24,562 bases of DNA, taken from the IMG/VR virus record IMGVR_UViG_3300025630_000054, positions 1-24,562 of that record, one strand, 5' to 3'. A program made the position numbers and the translations under genes. Source of the stretch: a virus (lineage: Duplodnaviria; Caudoviricetes). Under the pieces are notes generated by a model. It worked only from the letters and a program-made list of their open reading frames with translations. It was not told where the DNA came from and searched no databases. Positions 1 to 7,766 of this stretch are shown here, in pieces; position 1 is the stretch's first letter; the number at the start of each line of letters is the position of its first letter.

Positions 1-57
1 CCCCCGTCGAAACGCGAAGTGGGGGGGGTGTTTTGCGCTCAGCGCATAGCAAAACGG

Positions 58-85
58 CGGTCGCATAATAGTTATTATGTTAAAT
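58..85 (+). other. dif-like XerC/XerD recombination site
   Basis: CGGTCGCATAA-TAGTTA-TTATGTTAAAT has the 11-6-11 layout. The right arm is identical to the E. coli XerD arm TTATGTTAAAT; the left arm matches the XerC arm GGTGCGCATAA at 8/11. Lies in AT-rich non-coding DNA. Confidence 0.85.
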
Positions 86-104
86 AACTGCTTTTGTGTA
101 ACGT

Positions 105-117
105 TATCAAGCACTTA
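105..117 (+). promoter_or_regulatory. IHF-consensus binding site
   Basis: TATCAAGCACTTA fits WATCAANNNNTTR exactly, about 20 bp from the dif-like site. Short motif, could be chance. Confidence 0.45.
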
Positions 118-148
118 CGTTTCTCCGAAGCTATGCGTTTACGTCAAA

Positions 149-200
149 CCACAACATATTGTGTTTTTACCGAATGGTAAAAAATTGACCATTTGGTAAA
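149..200. promoter_or_regulatory. cluster of palindromic operator-like sites
   Basis: CCACAACATATTGTGT (149-164, NrdR-box-like), TTTTTACC-GAAT-GGTAAAAA (164-183, 8-bp arms) and the related TTGACC-ATTT-GGTAAA (185-200). Confidence 0.4.
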
Positions 201-264
201 AAACGCGTATTCGCGCACGCGCGTCTGAGCGTCGGCGTGCCTGCCGCAGAGGCTAAACATGCCC

Positions 265-504
265 TCACGCTCGTTTTAACCACCGCTGAAGCGGCATAAC
301 GACAAAGCAGCTGGTCACCCCCCTGTAAACCTCGATTGGCTCCTCCAGCGGCTTCCCAGCGCCTCTGAGCAACTTGCACATCTCCCGCACAATAAATCCG
401 TTGCCAACGACCTCCAAGCCTTCGCACCTCGCGCGCTGCATCTTATCGTATGTACCGCCGAAGCGGTCATACCTCCGCACGGTGTCCAGCTCAATCCTCG
501 CCAT
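265..504 (-). CDS. hypothetical phage protein (79 aa)
   Basis: Co-oriented with and overlapping the end of the upstream gene; GGAGG SD upstream of the ATG. Confidence 0.65.
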   Translation of the reverse strand: MARIELDTVRRYDRFGGTYDKMQRARCEGLEVVGNGFIVREMCKLLRGAGKPLEEPIEVYRGVTSCFVVMPLQRWLKRA

Positions 505-766
505 GCCCCGCCTCCAATTCGCCCGCTATCGCAGCGTAACCGCACACGTCCACCCAGTTGTCCGAGTGATCGCTGGCGCGCGATCGCGACACCTTCAGCA
601 GCACCATCATCGCCGCCACGTCCACCTCGGTCACGTCCACGCCGAGATACGCTGACCACATGCCAGCAATCCTCGCGTGACTGTCCTTCGCCGACCCGTA
701 GGTCGCCTGCCTGTCGCCCGTGATAAGCTCACCGGCTGTGCGCAACACGTCTTCCCTCGTCACCAT
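491..766 (-). CDS. DUF6378-like phage protein
   Basis: Motifs GDRQATYG, IAGMWSAYL, MMVLLKVSR and DNWVDVCGYAA are typical of this small phage family. Confidence 0.8.
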   Translation of the reverse strand: MVTREDVLRTAGELITGDRQATYGSAKDSHARIAGMWSAYLGVDVTEVDVAAMMVLLKVSRSRASDHSDNWVDVCGYAAIAGELEAGHGED

Positions 767-1347
767 GGAATATCGTCCTCTATGTTTCCGTTGCCACTTT
801 CGTCCACCACACGCGTTACCTTCGCGTTGGGGAACGTCTCAAACGCCTTCTGCAAAAACGCCTCGCTGAAGTGCTGCTTCAGTATGCACGCGGCATCCTC
901 GAACGAGTAGACCACCCACTCGGGATACCGTTTGCGCAGCTCGGCGCATCCCTGCCGCGCGAAGCACACGATCTGCCCGCCATCCACCTCCACGCACCAC
1001 GCGTGCGGCGACAGCGGCTTATGCCCCGCGCCCTCCGCTTCTGCTTCCATGCGCTTCCACCCCGCCATGAGCTGCGTGGCGATCTTGTTCGTCCTGACGA
1101 CATCACAATCCACGACCGCCTGCTTCAGCGCCTCATACGCCGCCTCAAACTTGCCCGCCAGCTCCGGCGTGACCAGCGACGGCAGCGTGTCACCCCACCG
1201 CTCGGTCATTTCCCTCGCCACCCGATCGAGCGGCTCCAGCTGACCCCAGACTGCCGCCGGTATAGGCTCCGTCCTTTCACCAACCGTGAACTTCCCCTTC
1301 GACGCTATCTGCTTTGCCGTAGGCCGACGCCCTTTCTGCTTAACCAT
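760..1347 (-). CDS. hypothetical phage protein (195 aa, starts MVKQKG)
   Basis: Start moved to ATG 1347 using the AGGGGG SD; acidic-aromatic C-terminus EDDIPW; overlaps the next gene start. Confidence 0.75.
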   Translation of the reverse strand: MVKQKGRRPTAKQIASKGKFTVGERTEPIPAAVWGQLEPLDRVAREMTERWGDTLPSLVTPELAGKFEAAYEALKQAVVDCDVVRTNKIATQLMAGWKRMEAEAEGAGHKPLSPHAWCVEVDGGQIVCFARQGCAELRKRYPEWVVYSFEDAACILKQHFSEAFLQKAFETFPNAKVTRVVDESGNGNIEDDIPW

Positions 1348-1380
1348 GAACATGCCCCCTACGCATCCCCAGCAAAACAA

Positions 1381-1527
1381 TCTCCGCACCTTCAATAAAT
1401 ACGCCCGCACTTCTCTCCGCACCTTGCATATATATATGCAAGTGGTGCGGCGGAAGATTTCTTGCCGTATTTACCGCACCCTCGGCACCACGCCGCACCA
1501 TAAGTGCGGTAAGTGCGGAACGTGCGG
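1381..1527. repeat. iteron-like repeat cluster, putative replication origin
   Basis: Nine CCGCAC/GTGCGG hexamers in both orientations around a perfect 20-bp AT-core palindrome CTTGCATATATATATGCAAG (1423-1442), directly downstream of the primase-helicase gene. Confidence 0.65.
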
Positions 1528-1575
1528 AAACGCCCCCAAATCCCACGCCCCCGACGCCACCCGTCTCGCTGGCCA

Positions 1576-3777
1576 TCATACCCCCGCCTCCTCTCCCGTT
1601 ATCCATTCACCCACCACAACGCACGGCACATCCCTGCCGTCACGCTTGCTTGGCGCAGACGTCTTGCGCAGCACGCCGTTCTCGATCCACTTGGCCACGA
1701 TCGCCTTGGCCTTCGCCTTCTCGTGGCGCTTGTCCAAGTCCAGCCCCAGCACGTCTGCCACCGTGACGCCGACCCACGTCTTGGCCTGCACGTTTGCGCG
1801 GAGCGGCTCGCCCTGCGTTTCCGCGTCGCCCACCGCGCGCTGCACCTTCATCGCGTCGCGCGCCGACACGCCGTCGAAGAGATCCGGCATCGCATACTCC
1901 GTGGCCACGCCGACATATTCCATGTTTGGCAGCTGCACGCCCACCATGCGCCGGTAGACCGCCTTTGCGGCTGGCGGTGCCAAGTTTGCCTTGCCGTCGT
2001 CCACGCGGAATATGCCGAGGCTCTCCGCTTCGCTCACGCCGAGCTTCTGCGCGTCTTCCGCGCTGATCTTGTTTATGACCCGCGCCGCCCTCGCCGCCCC
2101 GATCAGCGACCCCGCGCCCCTGACGCTGTCTATGGTTGCCTCGTCGCCGTTGCCCTTGCGGATGTGATGCACCAGCGCCACGGCGCAGTCTGTCTCGTCG
2201 CAGATGCTACGCACGGCCCCGACGGCTGCATTCATGGCCACGTTGTCGTTCTCGTTGATCTGGTTCGCGCCAACCCACGGGTCGATCATCACCATGCCGA
2301 TGTCGTTCTCCTTGATCTTGGCCGCCATGTAGTCGAGCATCTCGTCGTTTACCTCGATCCCGTCGCGCCCTTGGTTTGCGAACACCATGTTGAGGCTCCT
2401 TCCGGCGTCGAGGAACAAGCGCCCCCGTATTTCCTCGGCGGTGACGCCGTAATGCAGCATCGCCGCCGCGAGGCGTCTCTGCATCTCCTCCAGCGGGTCT
2501 TCTAGGTTGATGATCCACACCTTGCACGGCTCGTGTATGGCCTCGCCCAGCAGCGGCTTGCCCGTTCCGATGCACAGAGCCTCCACGATTTGCAGCGACG
2601 TCTTCCCGACGCCGCCCGCAGAGGCCAGCACGCTGACATGGCCTCGCACGTAATGCTTCCCGTATATCCACCGCCGCGCCGGTATTGTCGCGGGGTCTAT
2701 TGGCTCGTATGCGGTTGGCCACTGGCGCTCGCCTGCGATGCGCTCCTGCTTTACTTCCTCGACCGGCTTCGCCAGCGCCAGCGCCTCGCGCAGCTTCTCC
2801 GCGCCCGCCTCCTGCAGATAGTCGTTGGCATCCTTTACGTTTTCCACGCCCAGCGCGTCGAAGCGCACGACGTGGACGTCGGTGCTGCCGTCTCCGCGCA
2901 GCACGTCTGCGACCGCCTCCACGTCGAGATCAGGGTCTGCGCAGATCGTGACGTCTGATGCACGCGGCGCGTTAAACGTCTTCATGCCTGACTTGCCGAA
3001 CGTGCAGACGATCGTCGCCTCAACGTGGCCCATGATTGCCTGACGCACGCTCAGCGCATCCTCTGGCCCCTCGACCAATATGATCGCGCCGCCCTCGTGC
3101 TGGTCGCCGATCCGCATGGCATTGCCGACCAGTGATCCGCGTGAATACTTGTTGATGTTGTTATGCTCGCGCTTCTTCCCGTCCGGCGTCAGCAGCACCG
3201 CCTGCACGCCGCAGACGTCGCCCTCCGCGTTGGTCGCGGGAAACAGTATCGCTGGCCCGTCGTATAGGCTGGGGCTGAACCGCGCGACGCCCTCTGCGAC
3301 GCCTGCGCGCATCCCACGGTTATTCAGATACAGCAGCGCCGGTCTGACGGCGTCCTTGTTCTCGCGTGATATTGGCACGCTGCGCTCCCACGCGGCCTGC
3401 GCCTTTGCGATTTTCTCGGCGCGCGTTTCCTCGTCGCGTATCAGCAGATCCTTGCTGGCCAGCCTTACGATCAGGCGATCCATCTCGCTCGGCTGAAACG
3501 GCACCGCGTCATCGTTTTCGAGCTGCTTGGGGTTTTCGCTGCCCCGCTTGAAACCGCTGCCAATGGTTGCCTTGATCTCGTGCTCCTGCAGCCCGATTGC
3601 CTTGGCCGCCGTGTGCAAGTCTATGACGCTGCTGTCGATGTTGGCGGCGTCCATGTGCGCGTGCCGACCCAGCGCGTATGCCGCTAGGTTCAGCGCCTCG
3701 TTGCGACGCCCCTTCGGAGCCATGCCGATCTCGGAAACGACGCTTTCCCGTACCTTTGCAAAATAGTTTACGCTCAT
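1576..3777 (-). CDS. TOPRIM primase - SF4 (RepA/AAA_25-type) helicase fusion
   Basis: TOPRIM motifs ILVEGPEDAL, ICADPD, KDANDYL; Walker A ASAGGVGKTS; Walker B MVMIDP; LVHHIRK and VRGAGSL helicase motifs. Confidence 0.9.
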   Translation of the reverse strand: MSVNYFAKVRESVVSEIGMAPKGRRNEALNLAAYALGRHAHMDAANIDSSVIDLHTAAKAIGLQEHEIKATIGSGFKRGSENPKQLENDDAVPFQPSEMDRLIVRLASKDLLIRDEETRAEKIAKAQAAWERSVPISRENKDAVRPALLYLNNRGMRAGVAEGVARFSPSLYDGPAILFPATNAEGDVCGVQAVLLTPDGKKREHNNINKYSRGSLVGNAMRIGDQHEGGAIILVEGPEDALSVRQAIMGHVEATIVCTFGKSGMKTFNAPRASDVTICADPDLDVEAVADVLRGDGSTDVHVVRFDALGVENVKDANDYLQEAGAEKLREALALAKPVEEVKQERIAGERQWPTAYEPIDPATIPARRWIYGKHYVRGHVSVLASAGGVGKTSLQIVEALCIGTGKPLLGEAIHEPCKVWIINLEDPLEEMQRRLAAAMLHYGVTAEEIRGRLFLDAGRSLNMVFANQGRDGIEVNDEMLDYMAAKIKENDIGMVMIDPWVGANQINENDNVAMNAAVGAVRSICDETDCAVALVHHIRKGNGDEATIDSVRGAGSLIGAARAARVINKISAEDAQKLGVSEAESLGIFRVDDGKANLAPPAAKAVYRRMVGVQLPNMEYVGVATEYAMPDLFDGVSARDAMKVQRAVGDAETQGEPLRANVQAKTWVGVTVADVLGLDLDKRHEKAKAKAIVAKWIENGVLRKTSAPSKRDGRDVPCVVVGEWITGEEAGV

Positions 3778-3807
3778 CCCACTTCCCCGTTCAAACTTTT
3801 GTTATAA

Positions 3808-3831
3808 CCACGCCCGCCGAAGCAGGCGTGG
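3808..3831 (-). terminator. UUCG-tetraloop hairpin (weak terminator or mRNA stabiliser)
   Basis: Minus strand CCACGCCTGC-TTCG-GCGGGCGTGG: 10-bp stem with one G-U pair, between the SSB-like and primase genes; poor U tract. Confidence 0.55.
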
Positions 3832-3842
3832 AGCTTGTTATC

Positions 3843-4430
3843 TTAGAAGCCGAAATCGTCTGCGTCTACCACGCTTGAAACGGGTGCCGATGCGGTTGGC
3901 ACCGGCTCCGGCTTAGGCGGCGTGCTGTCTGCGGGTTTCGCAATCCACTTGGATATGGCAAAGCCCAGATCGTATGACGTTCCCTTGCCGACCACGACGG
4001 GCGTGGACGTCGTGACGCTGACGACCGGCACCATGCCCTGCGCGAACTCCGGCGCGCTTTCCGCTTGGTTGTACAGCTTGGCAATGAACTGCCCCGTGCC
4101 GTATGAGTTGTTGCTGAACTGCGCCTTGGTGCCGTCCGACATCCAGCAGTCCACGTCGAAGCCCTGCTTGTACGCTGGCTTGCCCTCCGAGTCCGTCTCG
4201 GTCGGCTTCGGAAGCGGCTGCGATGGCGATGGCCACTCCTGCCAGTCGCGCATCCCGACGGCGATCTTGAGCCACCCGAACTTCACGTTTGCAATGTCGA
4301 TTGCGATACCCTTGGTCATGTCGATGGCTTCGGGGTCGCCGCCCTTGTTTACCGTCCAGCGGTTCTGCGGAAGGTTAACCCGTATATACGCGCCGCTCGC
4401 GTCTGATGTTTCTCCGAAAGATATTGGCAT
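3843..4430 (-). CDS. putative single-stranded DNA-binding protein
   Basis: Aromatic/beta-rich core, Pro-rich linker and acidic-aromatic tail VDADDFGF; lies between exonuclease and primase; AAGGAG SD. Confidence 0.6.
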   Translation of the reverse strand: MPISFGETSDASGAYIRVNLPQNRWTVNKGGDPEAIDMTKGIAIDIANVKFGWLKIAVGMRDWQEWPSPSQPLPKPTETDSEGKPAYKQGFDVDCWMSDGTKAQFSNNSYGTGQFIAKLYNQAESAPEFAQGMVPVVSVTTSTPVVVGKGTSYDLGFAISKWIAKPADSTPPKPEPVPTASAPVSSVVDADDFGF

Positions 4431-4459
4431 GTTTGTCTCCTTGACGTTGTGTGCCTGTG

Positions 4460-5260
4460 CTATGCGCCGTGTGACGCGGTGAATTGGAACGCCCAGCGCG
4501 GTATCTGGAGCGTTTGCAGCTCCCCATACCCGTAGCCCCAGACGCCCGTGTTACGCGCTATCGCATACTGCTCCAGCGCGTGTTGAACTGCCGCGTCGCC
4601 CTCGTTAAGCGTGCGCCAGTCAAGCTCGTACACACCAACGGGGTAAGGCGCTTCCTTGCCCACGCTGATGAAGATAAACCTGTCGATCTCCTCGCCGATC
4701 AGGCCCATCGTCCTGCGGTAGAAGCTTTCTTGTATGTGGTAGCCGAAGTTGGCCACCTGCTTGGAAAAGCCTTCGGGGTCAGGCGCGATCGTCGTCTTCA
4801 AGTCGATCAGCGCCCCGATGTCACGACGCCACCCGTCTGGACGGCAGCGCAGATCCACGCCCGTCTTCTCGTCCTTCGCAAATATGCTGGCCTCGCAGAT
4901 CAGGTCGCCGGATAGCAGCTTGGCCACCTCCTTGTTGCTGCGCACCGCGTTTGCCGCGTCCACGGCGATCTTGTAATCGCCTTCCGTCAGCAGCAGCGCG
5001 CCGTTGGCGTCGGCCTCTGCCTTATGCTGCGTCCACTCCTTGCCGCGCCGCGTCTCCGGCCCGCACCAGACGGTGTTTGCGTGCTGCGGCTCGAACACCA
5101 GCGTGTGCGTGGCCGTGCCGACGTCAAACGCTGTGCTTTCCTTGCGCTCGGCATATTTGTAATGCGCCAGCGACTTCATGGCGATTGTTTTAGCGCCAGA
5201 GGCGCTGAGCGCGTCGCTGAGGTGATATTCCTCGTTTGACATCGTGGTTGATATGGTCAC
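4460..5260 (-). CDS. PD-(D/E)XK exonuclease, RecE/exonuclease VIII-like (DUF3799-type)
   Basis: LSASGAK, GTATHTLVFEP, RCRPDG, IDLKTT and YHIQESFY motifs. Confidence 0.85.
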   Translation of the reverse strand: MTISTTMSNEEYHLSDALSASGAKTIAMKSLAHYKYAERKESTAFDVGTATHTLVFEPQHANTVWCGPETRRGKEWTQHKAEADANGALLLTEGDYKIAVDAANAVRSNKEVAKLLSGDLICEASIFAKDEKTGVDLRCRPDGWRRDIGALIDLKTTIAPDPEGFSKQVANFGYHIQESFYRRTMGLIGEEIDRFIFISVGKEAPYPVGVYELDWRTLNEGDAAVQHALEQYAIARNTGVWGYGYGELQTLQIPRWAFQFTASHGA

Positions 5261-5712
5261 GCCTTCCCCCTTCCGTACAGCGCTATCAGCAGCGCCTCTG
5301 CTCTATGTTCATCTTTCTTGCGCTTCAGCTCGCTCGCCCTGTCGGGGAACCACTGCTGCGCCATGCGACGCGCCGCGTCCTTATCCTTTGGCAGGTTCAT
5401 CGCCCGCTTCCACACGACCGGCGTTACCATGGTGTAGCGCGTGCGCGACAGCGCCACGGTCGTCGTGATCTGGCCAAACGCATACCCCAGCTTGAACGTC
5501 GAACTGACGCCCTGCTTTGGCATCGCCTGCTGCCTCTCGATCCAGATGTGGTCGAGCCGATCGAGCGACGTGAGAATGTCCATCAGCGCCACGACGTCAA
5601 CGCCGCCCTCGCTGTAGACGGGTAGGTCATGCACCTCCGACCAATTTTCGCCGACCAGCGCAACGCCGCCCGTGCGGTAGCCGCAGTCTATGCCACACGT
5701 TACGATGCTCAA
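5257..5712 (-). CDS. RuvC-like Holliday junction resolvase
   Basis: GIDCG, IERQQAMPKQGVSSTFKLG, WKR..KDAAR and DEHRAEALLIA motifs. Confidence 0.85.
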   Translation of the reverse strand: MSIVTCGIDCGYRTGGVALVGENWSEVHDLPVYSEGGVDVVALMDILTSLDRLDHIWIERQQAMPKQGVSSTFKLGYAFGQITTTVALSRTRYTMVTPVVWKRAMNLPKDKDAARRMAQQWFPDRASELKRKKDEHRAEALLIALYGRGKA

Positions 5713-5990
5713 TGCATGTCCTCCTTGTCGGGCGTGTTGTACGTTTCAAATATGATCCCCATGGTCATGGCGATGGCGTCCTGCACGTCGCAGTCGTGCT
5801 GGCGCATGTAGCCAACGACTGCCTGCAATCCAGCGCCCAGCGCATACACCTTAGCGAGATCCGGCAGCTCTGTGCGATCGGTGATCGCCAGCATGTCACG
5901 CATCAGCGCGTTGACCTCGGCCATCGTGTTGCTGGCAACCGCGTGCATCTCTGCCTGCTGCTCCGGCGTCAGCGTGAACTCTTTATCCAC
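5709..5990 (-). CDS. hypothetical protein (93 aa, GTG start)
   Basis: GTG at 5990 with a GAGGT SD overlaps the RHH gene end; its stop overlaps the resolvase start (ATGA). Confidence 0.65.
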   Translation of the reverse strand: MDKEFTLTPEQQAEMHAVASNTMAEVNALMRDMLAITDRTELPDLAKVYALGAGLQAVVGYMRQHDCDVQDAIAMTMGIIFETYNTPDKEDMH

Positions 5991-6144
5991 GCTGTACCTC
6001 AACGCCATGCTCATCAAGCAGGCGCAGGATGGCGCGCTCCGTCAGGCTTGCCATGCTGATGCGCTCCTGCTTTGACAGCTCACGCAGCGCCTCGAAGACG
6101 TCGGCGCGGATGCGCGATCCAAGTTGTTTCATCTCAGTGTCCAT
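5983..6144 (-). CDS. ribbon-helix-helix DNA-binding protein (53 aa; absent from the ORF track)
   Basis: Hand translation MDTEMKQLGSRIRADVFEALRELSKQERISMASLTERAILRLLDEHGVEVQRG shows a beta-alpha-alpha RHH pattern; GGAGG SD. Confidence 0.75.
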   Translation of the reverse strand: MDTEMKQLGSRIRADVFEALRELSKQERISMASLTERAILRLLDEHGVEVQRG

Positions 6145-6167
6145 AATTTCCTCCGTTGGTCTGGGCC

Positions 6168-6195
6168 ACTATAACGCCGCGTTAACATTGTGCAA
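6168..6195 (-). promoter_or_regulatory. sigma70-like promoter for the replication operon
   Basis: Minus strand TTGCAC-16 nt-TATAGT, just upstream of the RHH gene. Confidence 0.55.
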
Positions 6196-6198
6196 GTG

Positions 6199-6531
6199 CT
6201 AGAACGCAAACTCTTCCTGCGTGCGCAGCCGGTACAGCTGCTGGCCCTCGATGAACGACGTCTTCACGATTGTGCGCCGCTCCCGCATGGTCTTCAGCCC
6301 GATGTCGATATGCACGGCGTCCTGCTCGATCATGCTGCACAAGTCGCCCACCGACAGCTCGCCATGCCTGCTCAGGCAGCGCTTGATCTCCTTGCGCAGC
6401 TTCTCAAGCGGCCACGGCTTGTGGGCATACGCGTGCATGTCATCGCGGCCAATGAGCCTGCGCTTCATGCGCGCGTTCTCGATGATCGCCAACTCCTTCC
6501 AACGCTCCAGCGGTGTCATGTTTTCCGTCAC
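6199..6531 (-). CDS. putative winged-helix DNA-binding protein (~110 aa)
   Basis: GTGA-coupled start; the C-terminal GELSVGDLCSMIEQDAVHIDIGLKTMRERRTIVK resembles a wHTH. Confidence 0.6.
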   Translation of the reverse strand: MTENMTPLERWKELAIIENARMKRRLIGRDDMHAYAHKPWPLEKLRKEIKRCLSRHGELSVGDLCSMIEQDAVHIDIGLKTMRERRTIVKTSFIEGQQLYRLRTQEEFAF

Positions 6532-6758
6532 AGCCGCTTCTCCAGCATCTCGCAGAGCGCCATGATCTCCTCGGCGCGCTGCTTGATCGTCAGGCGCTCT
6601 GGGCCACGCCCCGCGTCCATACGCATGATGTCTGCCTTGCGCCGGATCGACATGACCAGCATCTGCGGCGTTGGCTGCGTCGGCGTGCTGCTGTCCTCGT
6701 CGATATACGCGCCCACGCTGGCGCTGTTTTCCAGTTTTGATAAATCCCATTTAGCCAT
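6528..6758 (-). CDS. hypothetical protein (76 aa, MAKWDL)
   Basis: AGGAG SD 7 nt upstream; overlaps its neighbours. Confidence 0.65.
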   Translation of the reverse strand: MAKWDLSKLENSASVGAYIDEDSSTPTQPTPQMLVMSIRRKADIMRMDAGRGPERLTIKQRAEEIMALCEMLEKRL

Positions 6759-6951
6759 TTTCATTCTCCTGTGTTGGCCGTGGCTGTGGTCTGACGTCGG
6801 GCCACGGGCGGCGGTAGTCTGCCTCGCCGCCCATCTCGACGCATTGCGGCTCAAAGATCCGCGCTAAGTCGTAGTGTTTCGCAAACGCCTTGCACTCGTC
6901 TACGGATGAAAAGACGGCGAATGCCATGAAGACTGGTTCTGCTAGGGTCAT
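6751..6951 (-). CDS. hypothetical protein (66 aa, MTLAEP)
   Basis: TGATG coupling to the upstream small ORF. Confidence 0.55.
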   Translation of the reverse strand: MTLAEPVFMAFAVFSSVDECKAFAKHYDLARIFEPQCVEMGGEADYRRPWPDVRPQPRPTQENENG

Positions 6952-7043
6952 CACATCCACCCCATGCTGACGGCGCCGATCCAGCCCAGCACCGACGCGG
7001 CAATCGCTGCGGCGATGATGATGTCTTGCGTCCACTTAGTCAT
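6951..7043 (-). CDS. small single-pass membrane peptide (30 aa; absent from the ORF track)
   Basis: MTKWTQDIIIAAAIAASVLGWIGAVSMGWM; ATGA overlap with the Tas-like stop and TGATG overlap with the next start. Confidence 0.6.
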   Translation of the reverse strand: MTKWTQDIIIAAAIAASVLGWIGAVSMGWM

Positions 7044-7744
7044 GCTGCTTTCCATTCTACAAATAAATCACGCACCAGCTTCTTTGTCATGTATCTCAAT
7101 GCACGATTGTGCGCGTGGCCATCGCTATCTACACGCTCGCGCTCAAGCGTTTTGCGCGTGTCATATATCCTGCGATACGGGCCAGCGTTTTCTTCTTTTC
7201 CTTGGCTCTTGAGCAGGCTGTCGCCGATCGTCCAGAATACCGAATGACGTGACGGGCTATATCCATGCGCCAATGCCATCTCCGCATTGCTGCATTTGCG
7301 CTGCCTCTGGCCATCTATCACGGCAAGCCCAGCGCGCTTATATATGCCGTCAAGCTCCTTTTCGTATTCCATAAAGTCGCCTACCTCGCCAACAATGCCC
7401 GCCAAGCCCAGATGGCCAAAGCCTTTCACCTTATCGACAAACGTTGATACTGGCAGCTCCTTTGCCAGCCCCACAAGCCACTTCTCAAACTCGGCACGGC
7501 TTTCTAAGAGCGGCTGCCTTGCCTCAAATAGTGGCTTTGTGGCGGCGTATTCATCCATTGTGCCTTCGCCCCTCTTCAGTTGGGCGAATAGCTTATTGGC
7601 TTCCTTGATGTCGCCGTCACGAAAGCTGCGGCAGATTGCTTTAATCTGCAACACCAGCTTTGCTTCAGCGCGAACCATGTTCTGCCTATTGCGCCAAGTC
7701 AGATATATCTTGGCAATGGTTGGGTCTTCGTAACGTTTATCCAT
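7040..7744 (-). CDS. tasA: IS110/Nop-domain RNA-binding protein without nuclease domain (TasA-like, 234 aa)
   Basis: Likely start ATG 7744 with AAGGAG SD. The N-terminal coiled coil (WRNRQNMVRAEAKLVLQIK) and VKGFGHLGLAGIVGEVGDF...IYKRAGL...YRRIYD...HAHNRALRYMTKKLVRDL match the IS110 C-terminal/Nop fold. No RuvC or HNH domain and no SG catalytic loop. Adjacent to a dual-spacer array. Confidence 0.8.
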   Translation of the reverse strand: MDKRYEDPTIAKIYLTWRNRQNMVRAEAKLVLQIKAICRSFRDGDIKEANKLFAQLKRGEGTMDEYAATKPLFEARQPLLESRAEFEKWLVGLAKELPVSTFVDKVKGFGHLGLAGIVGEVGDFMEYEKELDGIYKRAGLAVIDGQRQRKCSNAEMALAHGYSPSRHSVFWTIGDSLLKSQGKEENAGPYRRIYDTRKTLERERVDSDGHAHNRALRYMTKKLVRDLFVEWKAA

Positions 7745-7766
7745 AATGGATCTCCTTGTTTTATGC

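Noticed and set aside
1340-1606. 88-aa minus-strand ORF across the repeat cluster
   Set aside because: Low-complexity translation over the iteron/palindrome region; better explained as non-coding origin.
1513-2505. 330-aa plus-strand ORF and the many other plus-strand ORFs
   Set aside because: Antisense shadows of GC-rich minus-strand genes, with Arg/His-rich composition and no recognisable motifs.
7040-7744. Active IS110 transposase / insertion sequence
   Set aside because: No N-terminal DEDD RuvC-like domain and no SG serine loop; an intact SD and start argue against a truncated pseudogene; the multi-unit array fits Tas better.
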